DNA of 61,018 bases from Gemmatimonadota bacterium (GCA_039714435.1 JBDLJJ010000002.1:1-61018); one strand, 5' to 3'; counted from the first letter of the stretch, positions 17,982 through 29,384 are shown. Notes: generated by a model not told the origin, from the letters alone. Translations and numbers: made by a program.

Positions 17982-19090
17982 GTCAATCCGCGACCGAGGT
18001 GCCGGAGGTAGTCAACGAGATGATGGTGGACGAGCCCGAGCTGTTCGACATGATCGGAAAGCGGGGGCATGAGCAGGTGCTGTTTACCCGCGAGCCGACA
18101 AGTGGCTACATGGGGATCATCGCCATCCACAACACTAGCCTAGGGCCCGCGCTGGGAGGGACTCGGTTCTGGAACTACGAGTCGGACCGAGACGCGCTGG
18201 TGGACGTGTTGCGGCTGTCCCGAGGCATGACGTACAAGGCTGCCGTGGCCGGACTCAACCTGGGCGGCGGGAAAGCCGTGATCATCGGCGACAACAAGAT
18301 GGTCCAGCGCGAGCTCATCATGCGGGCCCACGGCCGGGCGGTCGAGACGCTGGGTGGCCGCTATATCACGGCCGAAGACGTGGGCACGACGGTGGAAGAC
18401 ATGGATTTCGTGCATATGGAGACCGACCATGTGGTGGGAATGGCCGGTAAGTCCGGAGATCCCTCACCTGTTACGGCCTACGGGACATACCGCGGGATCC
18501 AGGCCAGCGCGGCCCGCCGCTACGGTAGCGACGACCTGAGCGGACGTTCCGTGATGGTCCAGGGAGCGGGCAACGTCGGGTACAGTCTGTGTGGGCTGCT
18601 GTCTGCCGACGGCGCCAAGGTATTCGTATCCGATATCGACGCAGCGAAGGTCGGGAGGGTCGTGACGGACTTCGGTGCTACGGAGACTGCCCCGGATGAA
18701 GTGTACGAAGCCGATGTGGACATATTCGCTCCGTGCGCTCTCGGGGCGGTGCTGAACGACGACACGATTCCAAAGCTCAGAGTGCAGATCGTAGCCGGAG
18801 CCGCAAACAACCAGTTGTCCCGACTGGAGCACGCACAGCAACTCAAGGATGCCGGAATCCTCTACGCACCCGACTACGTGATCAATGCTGGTGGCCTGAT
18901 CAACGTTTACTCCGAATTGGCGGGCTGGTCCCTGGACCGATCGAAACGAAAAGCGGGCGAGATCTACAATACGATGCTGCAGATCTTCGAGTTGGCCGAC
19001 GAGCGCGGAATCACGAATGCAGAAGCGGCGGACCAGGTGGCGATGCTCCGCGTGGAGCACGTTGCCACGCTTCACAGCTCCTGGGTTTGA
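17978..19090 (+). CDS. Leucine (Glu/Leu/Phe/Val family) dehydrogenase
   Basis: Collinear with my recalled Bacillus LeuDH sequence: [47 protein letters not shown] and [11 protein letters not shown] 17978 overlaps the acyl-CoA dehydrogenase stop. The alternative start is ATG 18020. Confidence 0.88.
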   Translation: MSQSATEVPEVVNEMMVDEPELFDMIGKRGHEQVLFTREPTSGYMGIIAIHNTSLGPALGGTRFWNYESDRDALVDVLRLSRGMTYKAAVAGLNLGGGKAVIIGDNKMVQRELIMRAHGRAVETLGGRYITAEDVGTTVEDMDFVHMETDHVVGMAGKSGDPSPVTAYGTYRGIQASAARRYGSDDLSGRSVMVQGAGNVGYSLCGLLSADGAKVFVSDIDAAKVGRVVTDFGATETAPDEVYEADVDIFAPCALGAVLNDDTIPKLRVQIVAGAANNQLSRLEHAQQLKDAGILYAPDYVINAGGLINVYSELAGWSLDRSKRKAGEIYNTMLQIFELADERGITNAEAADQVAMLRVEHVATLHSSWV

Positions 19091-20385
19091 CCACCCCACC
19101 CGAAGCGCCTGTGCCACTGGAGGCGGTCGATCCGACTGTTTTCGCTGCGATCGAAGCCGAAGAGGAGCGCCAGAGAGCGGGCCTCGAACTTATCGCCAGT
19201 GAGAACTTCGTTTCCACGGCGGTGCTCGAGGCCATGGGATCGGTTCTCACCAACAAGTACGCTGAAGGCTATCCGGGAAAGCGCTACTATGGTGGCTGTG
19301 AGGTCGTTGACCAGGTAGAGGATCTGGCCCGCGAAAGGGCGAAGGAGCTGTTCGCCGCGGATCACGCCAACGTTCAGCCGCACAGCGGCTCTCAGGCCAA
19401 TATGGCCGCCTATTTCGCTCTGATCGATCCGGGAGACACGGTTCTCGGGATGGATCTGTCACACGGCGGGCACCTGACCCACGGTTCGCCGGTGAACTTC
19501 AGCGGACAGATGTACTCGGTTCATTCGTACGGTGTGCGGGCCGAGGACCAGAGGGTCGATCTAGATGCCCTCGCCTCGCTGAGCCGGGAGCAGAAGCCGG
19601 CGCTCATCGTTGCGGGCGCCAGCGCCTATCCACGTGAACTACCGTTCGCCGAGTTCGCCGAAATAGCACAGTCGTGCGGCGCCCGCCTAATGGTGGATAT
19701 GGCGCACATAGCGGGGCTGGTCGCGGCGGGCTTGCACGAATCGCCCGTGCCATGTGCCGACGTAGTGACCACAACGACCCACAAGACCCTGCGTGGCCCC
19801 CGGGGTGGACTGATCCTCTGCCAGGAGCAGCACGCCCGCGCCATAGACAAGGTCGTGTTCCCCGGTATGCAGGGTGGACCCTTGATGCACGTGATCGCCG
19901 CCAAGGCCGTCGCCCTCCATGAGGCGCAGACAGAGGACTTCAAATCGTACTCCAGGCGGGTGGTCGAGAACGCCAGAGTCCTTGGGGAGTGTCTCTCGGG
20001 CCATGGATACGCGTTGGTCTCGGGCGGAACGGACACGCACCTGCTGCTGGTCGATCTGCGAAACACTGATTTGACCGGTAAGGATGCCGAAGAGCGCCTG
20101 GGAATAGCTGGAATCACGGTGAACAAGAACACCGTGCCGTTTGAAACCCGGTCACCCTTCGTGACCTCGGGAATTCGGCTGGGCACTCCGGCTCTCACCA
20201 CAAGGGGGATGGGTCCGGATGACATGCGGCTAATAGGCGATCTGATTCACCGGGCCCTCCGTTCGGATACGGAGGAAAGTGCTCTGGCGGCTGTGGGCCA
20301 AGAGGTGGCCGAACTGGCCGGTTCTTTCCCCCTTCACGCCGCCGTGACCCGGCTCGAACCCGCTCCGTGCGCCGAGTCCTCCTGA
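19087..20385 (+). CDS. glyA: Serine hydroxymethyltransferase
   Basis: [36 protein letters not shown] and [13 protein letters not shown] (PLP lysine). The ORF-track start 18733 lies inside the dehydrogenase gene and is rejected. TTG 19087 or GTG 19111 are the plausible starts. Confidence 0.92.
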   Translation: MTTPPEAPVPLEAVDPTVFAAIEAEEERQRAGLELIASENFVSTAVLEAMGSVLTNKYAEGYPGKRYYGGCEVVDQVEDLARERAKELFAADHANVQPHSGSQANMAAYFALIDPGDTVLGMDLSHGGHLTHGSPVNFSGQMYSVHSYGVRAEDQRVDLDALASLSREQKPALIVAGASAYPRELPFAEFAEIAQSCGARLMVDMAHIAGLVAAGLHESPVPCADVVTTTTHKTLRGPRGGLILCQEQHARAIDKVVFPGMQGGPLMHVIAAKAVALHEAQTEDFKSYSRRVVENARVLGECLSGHGYALVSGGTDTHLLLVDLRNTDLTGKDAEERLGIAGITVNKNTVPFETRSPFVTSGIRLGTPALTTRGMGPDDMRLIGDLIHRALRSDTEESALAAVGQEVAELAGSFPLHAAVTRLEPAPCAESS

Positions 20386-20410
20386 ACCGCGGTTCGGCCA
20401 AAGCGATCCG

Positions 20411-21028
20411 GTGCGAATTCCGGCGGCACCCGGCCGCGGAGAGTGTCGAGTTCGGGGTTCGCGCTTCCTAGCTCTTGCCGCGCCAGTCTCGAGTCTAGAG
20501 CAGGCCCTCGACGTACGTGACGGCGAACGCCGGACATACCACGACGCCACCCACCACGTATTTGCCGCCCGGCTGGCGTCCGGCGAGTCCAGGTCGGACG
20601 ATGACGGCGAGCCCGCCGGGACCGCTGGGCGGCCCATTCTATCGCTATTGGAAGCCGCCGAACTCGTAAACGCGGTACTGGTGGTGACGCGGTACTTTGG
20701 CGGCACGAAACTGGGTCCGGGTGGATTGGCGCGCGCCTATGGCGATGCCGGCCGGGCAGCGCTGGCCGCTGTGACGGCCCGTTCGGTGGCTGTGGCTCGT
20801 ATCCTGCATATTTTGTATTCGCATCCGGACACCGGGTTTGTGACCCGGGCCCTGGCCGCGGCGAACGGACGGGTCGAATCGACGCGATACGGCGACCGGG
20901 TGCATATTGAGGTTGCCGTGGCGGAGACGATGTGCGAGGACTTGTGCGCCAGCCTCGTGAACGTCACGGCGGGTCGAATCGAGGTGAGCGACAGCGGCAA
21001 GACAGGGCTGGTGACAGTCAACCCTTGA
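20411..21028 (+). CDS. yigZ: IMPACT/YigZ family protein (UPF0029)
   Basis: SRFLA..., HDATHHVFAARL, DDDGEPAGTAGRPIL and VVTRYFGGTKLGPGGLARAY. Confidence 0.85.
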   Translation: MRIPAAPGRGECRVRGSRFLALAAPVSSLEQALDVRDGERRTYHDATHHVFAARLASGESRSDDDGEPAGTAGRPILSLLEAAELVNAVLVVTRYFGGTKLGPGGLARAYGDAGRAALAAVTARSVAVARILHILYSHPDTGFVTRALAAANGRVESTRYGDRVHIEVAVAETMCEDLCASLVNVTAGRIEVSDSGKTGLVTVNP

Positions 21029-21107
21029 CGGCTTAGGGCCGGAATCTAGATTCACGGCTCTGCGCGAAGTGAGTAGATAGCTCGAGCGGTACCACGTTGG
21101 AGAGTGC

Positions 21108-21488
21108 ATGAGTGACGGAAATTCGCCTGAACTGGGTAACACGCTGGCACAGCTGCGGAGGAGATATCCGAAGTACGCTGAGCCCGCCTACCTGTTCGTG
21201 CTCGAGGCACTGCACTGGCGGATTCAATCGCTGGACGCTCCGCGCCATCTTTCCGGAGCGGAGCTGGCTGAGTCCATGCGAGACCTGGCCATGGAGCGCT
21301 ACGGACCGCTCGCTCGTGCCGTGCTGGAGTACTGGGGAATAGTTTCGACCGCAGACCTGGGCGAAGTCGTCTTCCTTCTGATTGAAAGCGGAGTATTGGA
21401 CAAGCAGGATGGCGACAGCCGCGAGGATTTTGAGGAGTTGTTTTCGTTCGAGCAGGTGTTCGAACTGGAGTATCCCTGGGGCCGTTGA
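21108..21488 (+). CDS. Conserved hypothetical protein (resembles the Minf_1886/TIGR04138-type family as I recall it)
   Basis: 126 aa. YAEPAYLFVLEALHW...RHLSGAELAESMRDLAMERYGPLARAVLEYWGIVSTADLGEVVFLLIESGVL..DSREDF. The family assignment is from memory and unverified. Confidence 0.65.
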   Translation: MSDGNSPELGNTLAQLRRRYPKYAEPAYLFVLEALHWRIQSLDAPRHLSGAELAESMRDLAMERYGPLARAVLEYWGIVSTADLGEVVFLLIESGVLDKQDGDSREDFEELFSFEQVFELEYPWGR

Positions 21489-21622
21489 GTCTGGCCGCTG
21501 GGCCGGCAGGATCATGAGGAGATTCCTGGGATCCGGATTTCCTCAGTCGTATTCGAAGGTTGTCATAACCGATTGTGGCTGCGTCGCGCAGTAACGGCGA
21601 CCGACTGCGGGGAGGGGTGAAA

Positions 21623-21817
21623 GTGGACTCAGATCAGTTTCCGAAGTGCTTGCGGTGCGAGGACGGATTGTTGCTTCCGATGTCCGACTATGGGAGGGAC
21701 GGTGCTCCCATTCGCTACAAAGCGTGGGTGTGCTCGAGCCCGGACTGCGGGTACAACATCCGGATCGACAACGGAGAAATCAGTTACGGCCGGGACATCA
21801 ACCAGTCATACAAGTAA
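21623..21817 (+). CDS. Small zinc-ribbon protein (64 aa)
   Basis: CLRC...CSSPDC four-Cys arrangement. GGAGG at 21611-21615 lies 7 nt upstream of GTG 21623. ORF-track start 21575 is less likely. Confidence 0.5.
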   Translation: MDSDQFPKCLRCEDGLLLPMSDYGRDGAPIRYKAWVCSSPDCGYNIRIDNGEISYGRDINQSYK

Positions 21818-21835
21818 TGCCAGTCTGACCCTGCC

Positions 21836-23407
21836 GTGCCGGGATTAGCCGACCTTCCCAAGTCTGAGTGGTGGCGGGCTTCTGCCTCAGAAGTCTGGTT
21901 GCCGACCGCGGCGGAAATGTCCGCTCTCGACTCCGAGGCTGTGTCCGGCGGTTCGATATCGGAAAGAGCTCTGATCGAGTCCGCAGGCCGTGAGATTGCC
22001 CATCTCGTCCAGGATCTCTTCCCCAACGGGCCCATCGCCGCGATCGTCGGCTCCGGCCATAACGGAGCCGACGCCCTCGTAGCTCTCCGTGCACTCTATG
22101 CTTGGGGCCGGACGACGTTTGCCTTCAAGGCTGGCCGGCGCGCACCGGCCCCGGACGTGCTGGCCGGTTGGGATATCGGCCTCAGACCGGCTTCTGACCT
22201 CTCGCACGCGGCGGGCTGTAGCGCGCTTCTAGACGGAATTCTAGGAACAGGCCTCGTAGACGCCCCGCGGGAGGAAGCCGCCGCGGCGATTGCGGCCGTT
22301 AACTCCCTCGGCGTACCAGTGGTCGCCGTGGATGTGCCGAGCGGAGTGAACGCGACTACAGGCGCCGTGCCCGGCGCATGTGTGCGAGCGGACCTGACGG
22401 TCTGTCTCGGCTGGCCCAAGCTGGGAATGCTGCGCCCGCCCGCCCGAGAGCTGGCGGGAGACGTGGTGGCCGTCGAGATCGGATTTCCTCCCACCCCGGC
22501 CCTCCGCTCGAGGGCGATCACGGGCCGCTGGCTACGTGAACACCTCCCTGAGGCCCTGTCGCGCCGCAGTAAGAGCGACGCCGGTTACCTGGCGTTGATC
22601 GCCGGACGCGAGGGCATGGCGGGCGCAGCCGTACTGGCGGCCCGCGCCGCCCTGAGGGCGGGCGCCGGGGTTGTCCGTGTGGTGAGCCATCCGGCCAACC
22701 GCGAGATCATTCAGAAGAGTGTTCCCGGAGCTGTGTACGCCTCTTGGGCAGACGAGCGGGAATTGTCCGGCGCGCTGGACTGGGCGCACGCTATGGTTGT
22801 GGGTCCGGGTCTGGGCCGGGACGCCGAGGCGCGGCGTCTCACCGAGTCGGTCCTGTCGTCGGCCGGCGCTCGACCCGTCGTCCTCGACGCGGACGGGCTG
22901 AGCGTTTGGGAAGGGGCGGCGGACGAGCTACCAGCTCACCTGCCGCCCTCCGCCGTCATGACGCCTCACCCGGGAGAAATGGCGCGGGTCCTGGACCGTG
23001 ATATTGAGAGCATACTGGAGAATCCGTTCGTGGTGGCTGAGGAGGCGAGCGAGAGATTCGGGTGTACCGTTCTGCTCAAGGGTGATCCGACCATCGTAGC
23101 CGCGCCCGACGAGCCGTTACTCGTAGCTACGACGCGAGGCCCGGCCCTGGCTGCCGGAGGAACGGGTGATGTGGTGGCGGGAGTGACTGGCGCCTTGCTG
23201 GCGAACGGCCTGGCCGGCCACGTAGCAGCGTCAGGCGCCCTTCTGCTCACCGGACTGGCGGCCAGTCAGGGGCCGGCGATCGGACATACGGCGGAGGACA
23301 TCCCAGACAGACTTCAGGACGCCCGCGCCGCTGTGGCGGGCCTTGAGAAGGAGAGAGGCGGATCAGTTCTGTTTGCCCTTCCGCGGATCGGTGACCCAAA
23401 GGCCTAG
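21836..23407 (+). CDS. nnr: Bifunctional NAD(P)H-hydrate repair enzyme Nnr (epimerase + ADP-dependent dehydratase)
   Basis: 523 aa. YjeF-N region (GSGHNGADALVA, VAVDVPSG) followed by a YjeF-C carbohydrate-kinase region (VVGPGLG, TPHPGE, LKG, GGTGDVVAG). Confidence 0.9.
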   Translation: MPGLADLPKSEWWRASASEVWLPTAAEMSALDSEAVSGGSISERALIESAGREIAHLVQDLFPNGPIAAIVGSGHNGADALVALRALYAWGRTTFAFKAGRRAPAPDVLAGWDIGLRPASDLSHAAGCSALLDGILGTGLVDAPREEAAAAIAAVNSLGVPVVAVDVPSGVNATTGAVPGACVRADLTVCLGWPKLGMLRPPARELAGDVVAVEIGFPPTPALRSRAITGRWLREHLPEALSRRSKSDAGYLALIAGREGMAGAAVLAARAALRAGAGVVRVVSHPANREIIQKSVPGAVYASWADERELSGALDWAHAMVVGPGLGRDAEARRLTESVLSSAGARPVVLDADGLSVWEGAADELPAHLPPSAVMTPHPGEMARVLDRDIESILENPFVVAEEASERFGCTVLLKGDPTIVAAPDEPLLVATTRGPALAAGGTGDVVAGVTGALLANGLAGHVAASGALLLTGLAASQGPAIGHTAEDIPDRLQDARAAVAGLEKERGGSVLFALPRIGDPKA

Positions 23408-23408
23408 G

Positions 23409-25037
23409 GTGCGAGCAGCCGCTCTGCTGGGCTTCATCGGGATCGCTGCAGCCTGCGGCCCGGCCCAGGCCCAGATCGGCAGCGCTCGCTGGCGCCCCGA
23501 GGATCGCGTGCTCATCACCGATTTCAGTGTCGTCCGAGCCCTGGCCAAAAGCACCGATCGCCTGTTCGCCGCTACCGACGGCGGCCTGGTTATCTTCGAC
23601 GAGCTGCGCAGGCGCTTCGAGCTGCCTCTGACGGTGGAGGATGGCTACCCGGCAGGTCCGGTAACCGCCATGGCCTACGACCCGAGGGACGCGTCGTTGT
23701 GGATTGTCGGTCGTGATCGGGAGCTACTGCAGTTTGACGTGCGCGATTGGCGCATTCGTGAGCGCCAGGCCCTGCGGGAGGCGGTCGTCTCCGTTGTGCC
23801 CGAAGCAGTCGGGTCAGATCTGCTGCTCCAGTTCCGGACGGGTTGGATCCGGTACGACGCGTTCTCCCGCCGGTCGCTCCCGGCATCGGCGCGGGAGGCG
23901 GCTGCCGCGATCGAGAGCCGTCCCGATCTCCGTCGTCGGCAGGAATTATTGCGGGACCCGGGATTCCAGTCTGTGAGCGCTTTCCTTCCGCGTAGTCCGG
24001 GAGGCCGGCGCTTCGCGATCACCGACGTGATGCCGACCCGGGATCCAGCTCTATTCTGGGTAGCTACAGACGGCGCCGCGGTGCTGGAATATGACCAGTT
24101 TGCGCGCCGCTGGGAGACGATCCTGTTCGGCCCCGTCGGCGGTGGTTCCGCCGGAATAGCGGAGCTTGCCGGCAATCTGTGGTTCGTACCGGCCGCCCCG
24201 CTGGAGGGGCGGTACGCCGTGGCCAGGACGGATCCGGATCTTCAGCGCTGGGCGGCGTGGGATTCCGACTCGCTGCGATCGGCGCCGCGCCGCGCCGACG
24301 TGGTGCTGGCAGACCAGCGTACTCCGTCCCTGTGGGTTGGCGGCTCGGACGGACTTTACGTGTTCGAGGGGGAAGTGGGCGCCTGGCGGCGGATCGCAGA
24401 GTTGCCGTCTGAACACGTCACGGCCCTGGCGCCGGCAAGCCTGGCTGACGGCACGCCTGGTATATGGGTCGGTACTCGGCGGGGGGCCGTGGTTCTGGGT
24501 TCCTCCGGAGTCCGCGGCCCGGTTCTGCTCGGCGGCCGCGACATACGTGCCGTGGTTCAGTCCGGGTCCCGCGTCTGGTTCGGCACCAGGTCCGGCCTCC
24601 TACCCCTGGACATAGGGTCACTGTCTGACGCGGCTGCGGCCGGAGCCACCGGGCCGTCCAGGGCTCCCGGTAGCGGTGCTCTGAATCGCCCCGTGGGAGC
24701 GCTGGACGCGTACGGGGACACCGTCTACGCGGGCCTGGACGACGAAATCTGGATATGGAGTCCAGGCGAGGAGTGGAGCCGGGTGGAGGCGATCGGGCGG
24801 GTGGGGGGACCGGTGACAGCGATTTCGGCCGCCAGCGGCACAGTCTGGGTGGGCAGCGCGGAGGGCATCGTCCGCTGGCAGCCGGACGGGGGACCGGCCA
24901 GGCGCATGAGCTTCGCCGCCGGTGATCTACCGCGGAGTACACGGCTCCGGGGAGTGCGGTCGATCCTGCCTGTGGACTTCGAGACGGCGTGGCTAGCCTT
25001 GCCAGCCGGTGCCTTCCGGATCACGATGTTGCCGTGA
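23409..25037 (+). CDS. Secreted beta-propeller protein with Reg_prop-like repeats
   Basis: GTG 23409 lies 1 nt after the nnr stop. Signal peptide LLGFIGIAAACGPAQAQ. At least 7 repeats of the W-[VF]-G-[TGS]-x-x-G-[LAI] type (LFAATDGGLVIFD, FWVATDGAAVLEYD, LWVGGSDGLYVFE, IWVGTRRGAVVL, VWFGTRSGLLPLD, VWVGSAEGIVRWQ). Confidence 0.72.
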   Translation: MRAAALLGFIGIAAACGPAQAQIGSARWRPEDRVLITDFSVVRALAKSTDRLFAATDGGLVIFDELRRRFELPLTVEDGYPAGPVTAMAYDPRDASLWIVGRDRELLQFDVRDWRIRERQALREAVVSVVPEAVGSDLLLQFRTGWIRYDAFSRRSLPASAREAAAAIESRPDLRRRQELLRDPGFQSVSAFLPRSPGGRRFAITDVMPTRDPALFWVATDGAAVLEYDQFARRWETILFGPVGGGSAGIAELAGNLWFVPAAPLEGRYAVARTDPDLQRWAAWDSDSLRSAPRRADVVLADQRTPSLWVGGSDGLYVFEGEVGAWRRIAELPSEHVTALAPASLADGTPGIWVGTRRGAVVLGSSGVRGPVLLGGRDIRAVVQSGSRVWFGTRSGLLPLDIGSLSDAAAAGATGPSRAPGSGALNRPVGALDAYGDTVYAGLDDEIWIWSPGEEWSRVEAIGRVGGPVTAISAASGTVWVGSAEGIVRWQPDGGPARRMSFAAGDLPRSTRLRGVRSILPVDFETAWLALPAGAFRITMLP

Positions 25038-26035
25038 CCGGAGAGTTCAGAAGAATCGATGCCTTTGTTCGCGTAGCCAACGCCGGCCGAGACGTTGCCG
25101 GGGCTGGACGTGGTCCGGGCGACGATGCCGCTGTTGTCCCGATCCCGGCGGGAGAGCAGCTGGTGGTGAGTACGGATCAGACAGTAGAGGGAGTCCACTT
25201 CGAGCGAGCCTGGCTCACCTGGGAACAGATCGGATATCGGGCCGTGGCCGCGGCATTCAGTGACCTTGCCGCTATGGCTGCGGCTCCACTCGGGTGCCTG
25301 ATCTCACTCGCCTTGCCTCCGGAGCTGGACGACAGGGTAGTCGAAGAGTTGGCCGCCGGTGTGAGGGAATGTCTCGATTCGTTGAACGCTCCGTTGCTGG
25401 GCGGCGATCTGTCCGCGTCTCAGCACGGAGTTTTCATGGATGTAACCGTGCTGGGTCACGCGGTACGCCCGGTGCTCCGCTCCGGCGCGGAGGTAGGCGA
25501 TGAGCTGTGGCTGACCGGAACCATCGGTGGCGCCGGCGCGGCGATCGAGGCGCGGCGGCACGGCCTGGAACCCGATCCGGCCGCCCGGCACGCCTTCGAA
25601 CGTCCGGAACCGCGGATCCAGGTGGCGCGCTGGCTGGCAGAGAGGGCGGAGATTCACGCCATGATCGATCTGTCCGACGGTCTCGCCGGTGACGCCTCTC
25701 ACGTGAGCCGGGCTTCCCGCGTACAGCTCCGATTTCATCTCGCAGCGCTTCCGCTTGCCGAGCCATTGGCCAGCTACGCGGATAAAGAGGCTGCCTGGCG
25801 GACATCGCTCTCCGGTGGCGAGGACTATGAACTACTCGTCGTGGCGGGGCCGGGGACCGTGGAGCCCCTGAGGCAGGAAGTGCTCAGAGCGCACGGCTTA
25901 TCACTGACCCGGGTCGGCGACGTGGCCCCCGCGGCGCCGGAAGCCGGACCCGATGAAGCGTCCCTCGTCTGGCTCATGGAGGACGGACGCGAATGGGATG
26001 CCCCGGCTGGCTACGAGCACTTCGGGTCCGGGTGA
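25034..26035 (+). CDS. thiL: Thiamine-monophosphate kinase
   Basis: GDDAAVV, STDQTVEGVHF, GGDLS, DLSDGL and GGEDYELL. GTG 25034 overlaps the upstream stop (GTGA). Confidence 0.9.
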   Translation: MTGEFRRIDAFVRVANAGRDVAGAGRGPGDDAAVVPIPAGEQLVVSTDQTVEGVHFERAWLTWEQIGYRAVAAAFSDLAAMAAAPLGCLISLALPPELDDRVVEELAAGVRECLDSLNAPLLGGDLSASQHGVFMDVTVLGHAVRPVLRSGAEVGDELWLTGTIGGAGAAIEARRHGLEPDPAARHAFERPEPRIQVARWLAERAEIHAMIDLSDGLAGDASHVSRASRVQLRFHLAALPLAEPLASYADKEAAWRTSLSGGEDYELLVVAGPGTVEPLRQEVLRAHGLSLTRVGDVAPAAPEAGPDEASLVWLMEDGREWDAPAGYEHFGSG

Positions 26036-26042
26036 ACCACTG

Positions 26043-26807
26043 ATGCGCACTGTTCTGTTCTGGACCATGGCTCTCGTGTCTACCCTGTTGTTTTCGTTGA
26101 TATCAACGGTGGGAGGACTGGTAAGAGCGCCCAAGGGTTTTTTCGACTGGGTGCACCGCCACTGGTCTCGTTCGATGCTATGGGCGGCCGGCATCCGGGT
26201 AGAGGTTTCAGGCCTCGATCATGTGCTCAGAGACAGACCCCAGGTGTTCATGTCCAATCATGAGTCGAACCTGGACATCTTCGTTCTGTTGATCGGCCTC
26301 CCCGCCTCCATTCGTTTTGTGGCTAAGCAGGAGCTGAGCCGGATCCCGCTCTTTGCGCAGGCCATGAACGCGGCGGGCCACGTTTTCGTCGACCGCAAAA
26401 ACAGGCAGGCGGCGATGGAAAATATGCGTGCCGCGGGCCGCCGAATGGAGAAGGACAACCTGTCGCTGGGGCTGTATCCGGAGGGCACCCGATCCAGAAG
26501 CGGCACTCTGGGCGAGTTCAAACGGGGCACCTTCGTGCTGGCTATCGAGACTCAGGAGCCGATCGTTCCGGTGGCGATACTCGGAAGCCGGGATCTTCTG
26601 GCTGCGGGCAGTCCACGCGTTCGCGCCGGGACCGTGAGTGTGCGGGTTGGTCCACAGATAGCGACGGCTGGACTCACCGCGGCAGACAGGGAGTCCTTGC
26701 TGCGCCAGGTCCGGGGGGCGATAGAGCGCCTTCTGGAGCAAGACGGGGGCGGCGACCCATCGGCGTCACCAGCCGCTGAGCCACCGTCTCCCATCTCTAC
26801 GTCCTGA
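26043..26807 (+). CDS. plsC: 1-acyl-sn-glycerol-3-phosphate acyltransferase
   Basis: N-terminal TM segment, NHESNLD (HX4D), YPEGTRS and VPVAI. Start set at ATG 26043 rather than ORF-track 25953, which overlaps thiL. Confidence 0.9.
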   Translation: MRTVLFWTMALVSTLLFSLISTVGGLVRAPKGFFDWVHRHWSRSMLWAAGIRVEVSGLDHVLRDRPQVFMSNHESNLDIFVLLIGLPASIRFVAKQELSRIPLFAQAMNAAGHVFVDRKNRQAAMENMRAAGRRMEKDNLSLGLYPEGTRSRSGTLGEFKRGTFVLAIETQEPIVPVAILGSRDLLAAGSPRVRAGTVSVRVGPQIATAGLTAADRESLLRQVRGAIERLLEQDGGGDPSASPAAEPPSPISTS

Positions 26808-26814
26808 GTTCTTA

Positions 26815-27654
26815 CTAGTTGTCCGGCGTGACGAAGACGGGAACGCCGCCCTCTGTGGGCGCGATGATCATGTTGTTCTGCCCCTCCGCCACCTCGCCGA
26901 GTACGTCTAGATAGCGCCAGTAGAGGTATCGCTGGCCTGACGGCCCTGTCAGACTGGCGGCGATAATGTCCTGGGCGTCGCGAATTCCCTCGGCCCGGGC
27001 CCGTTCCTGGTTGGCCTGTTCGCTGACGACCTGTGTCTGGAATCCTTCCTTCTGCACCTGCTGCTCACGAGCCAGCTTTTCTTCGATCGCGGCCCTGAGC
27101 GTTGCGGGCGGCTCGATCTCCCGGACGAAGAAATCGGTCACGAAGATGCCACGCGGCACGAGTCGCGCCTCCATGAGAGAGTTGATTCGATCTCCGATAC
27201 CGGCTCTCTCAGTCGATAGAACATTGGCTGCGCTCACCTCCGCGACGGCATCCCGTAGCGCCGAGCGGTAGGTGTTGTACACGAAAGCGTGTACCTGCCC
27301 CGGTTCGCCGATCGAGAGGTAAATCTGCACGACAGAGTCGGGATTGATCCGGTATCGGTACGCGGCGTCCAGTCCGATCTGCAACTGGTCCGACGTGAGG
27401 GCCTCCAGCCGCTCGGACGCTCCCTGAGACGGATACTGGATCTCCCTCACGGAGTAGTTGGTCCAGGACCTGAGTATCGAGTGGTACAGACCCTGCCGGA
27501 ACGGTTGTGTCGCTACACTTCCGGTGAGGGGATTCCGTTTGACGGAAACCTCGAACTCATCGATCCGATTGAATCCGAAAAGAAACACGGCGAGTATGAG
27601 GACGACGAGGAAACCGGCGCCAAGCGTTCCCGCTCGCTGAAGAAGCTCTTTCAT
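26815..27654 (-). CDS. SPFH/band-7 (prohibitin/HflC-like) membrane protein
   Basis: N-terminal TM segment (LGAGFLVVLILAVFLFGF) followed by an SPFH-like body and a coiled EQQVQKE...ARAEG segment. GGGAGA lies 7 nt upstream of the second ATG (27654). Confidence 0.82.
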   Translation of the reverse strand: MKELLQRAGTLGAGFLVVLILAVFLFGFNRIDEFEVSVKRNPLTGSVATQPFRQGLYHSILRSWTNYSVREIQYPSQGASERLEALTSDQLQIGLDAAYRYRINPDSVVQIYLSIGEPGQVHAFVYNTYRSALRDAVAEVSAANVLSTERAGIGDRINSLMEARLVPRGIFVTDFFVREIEPPATLRAAIEEKLAREQQVQKEGFQTQVVSEQANQERARAEGIRDAQDIIAASLTGPSGQRYLYWRYLDVLGEVAEGQNNMIIAPTEGGVPVFVTPDN

Positions 27655-27656
27655 GA

Positions 27657-29352
<1,696 letters not shown>

Positions 29353-29384
29353 TCTGGTCACCGGTAACGTGGCGCCTCTCTTTG

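Noticed and set aside
18733-19086. 5' extension of the glyA ORF giving 550 aa. Analogous long ORF-track starts exist for thiolase (14041), hbd (15797), bioY (15291), dxr (34863), murA (50965), truB (58609), ribF (59234), eno (27657), plsC (25953) and the P-II-like gene (50957).
   Set aside because: The extensions overlap the upstream gene in another frame, add no homologous sequence, and conserved N-termini begin at downstream GTG, TTG or ATG codons adjacent to the upstream stop.
9984-21028. Additional Rex boxes inside the rex-headed gene string or elsewhere (all TGTGAA/TTCACA occurrences that I noticed, for example 17086, 36081 and 45636).
   Set aside because: None has the partner half-site at the correct 4-nt spacing. 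Only 9957-9974 is a full palindrome.
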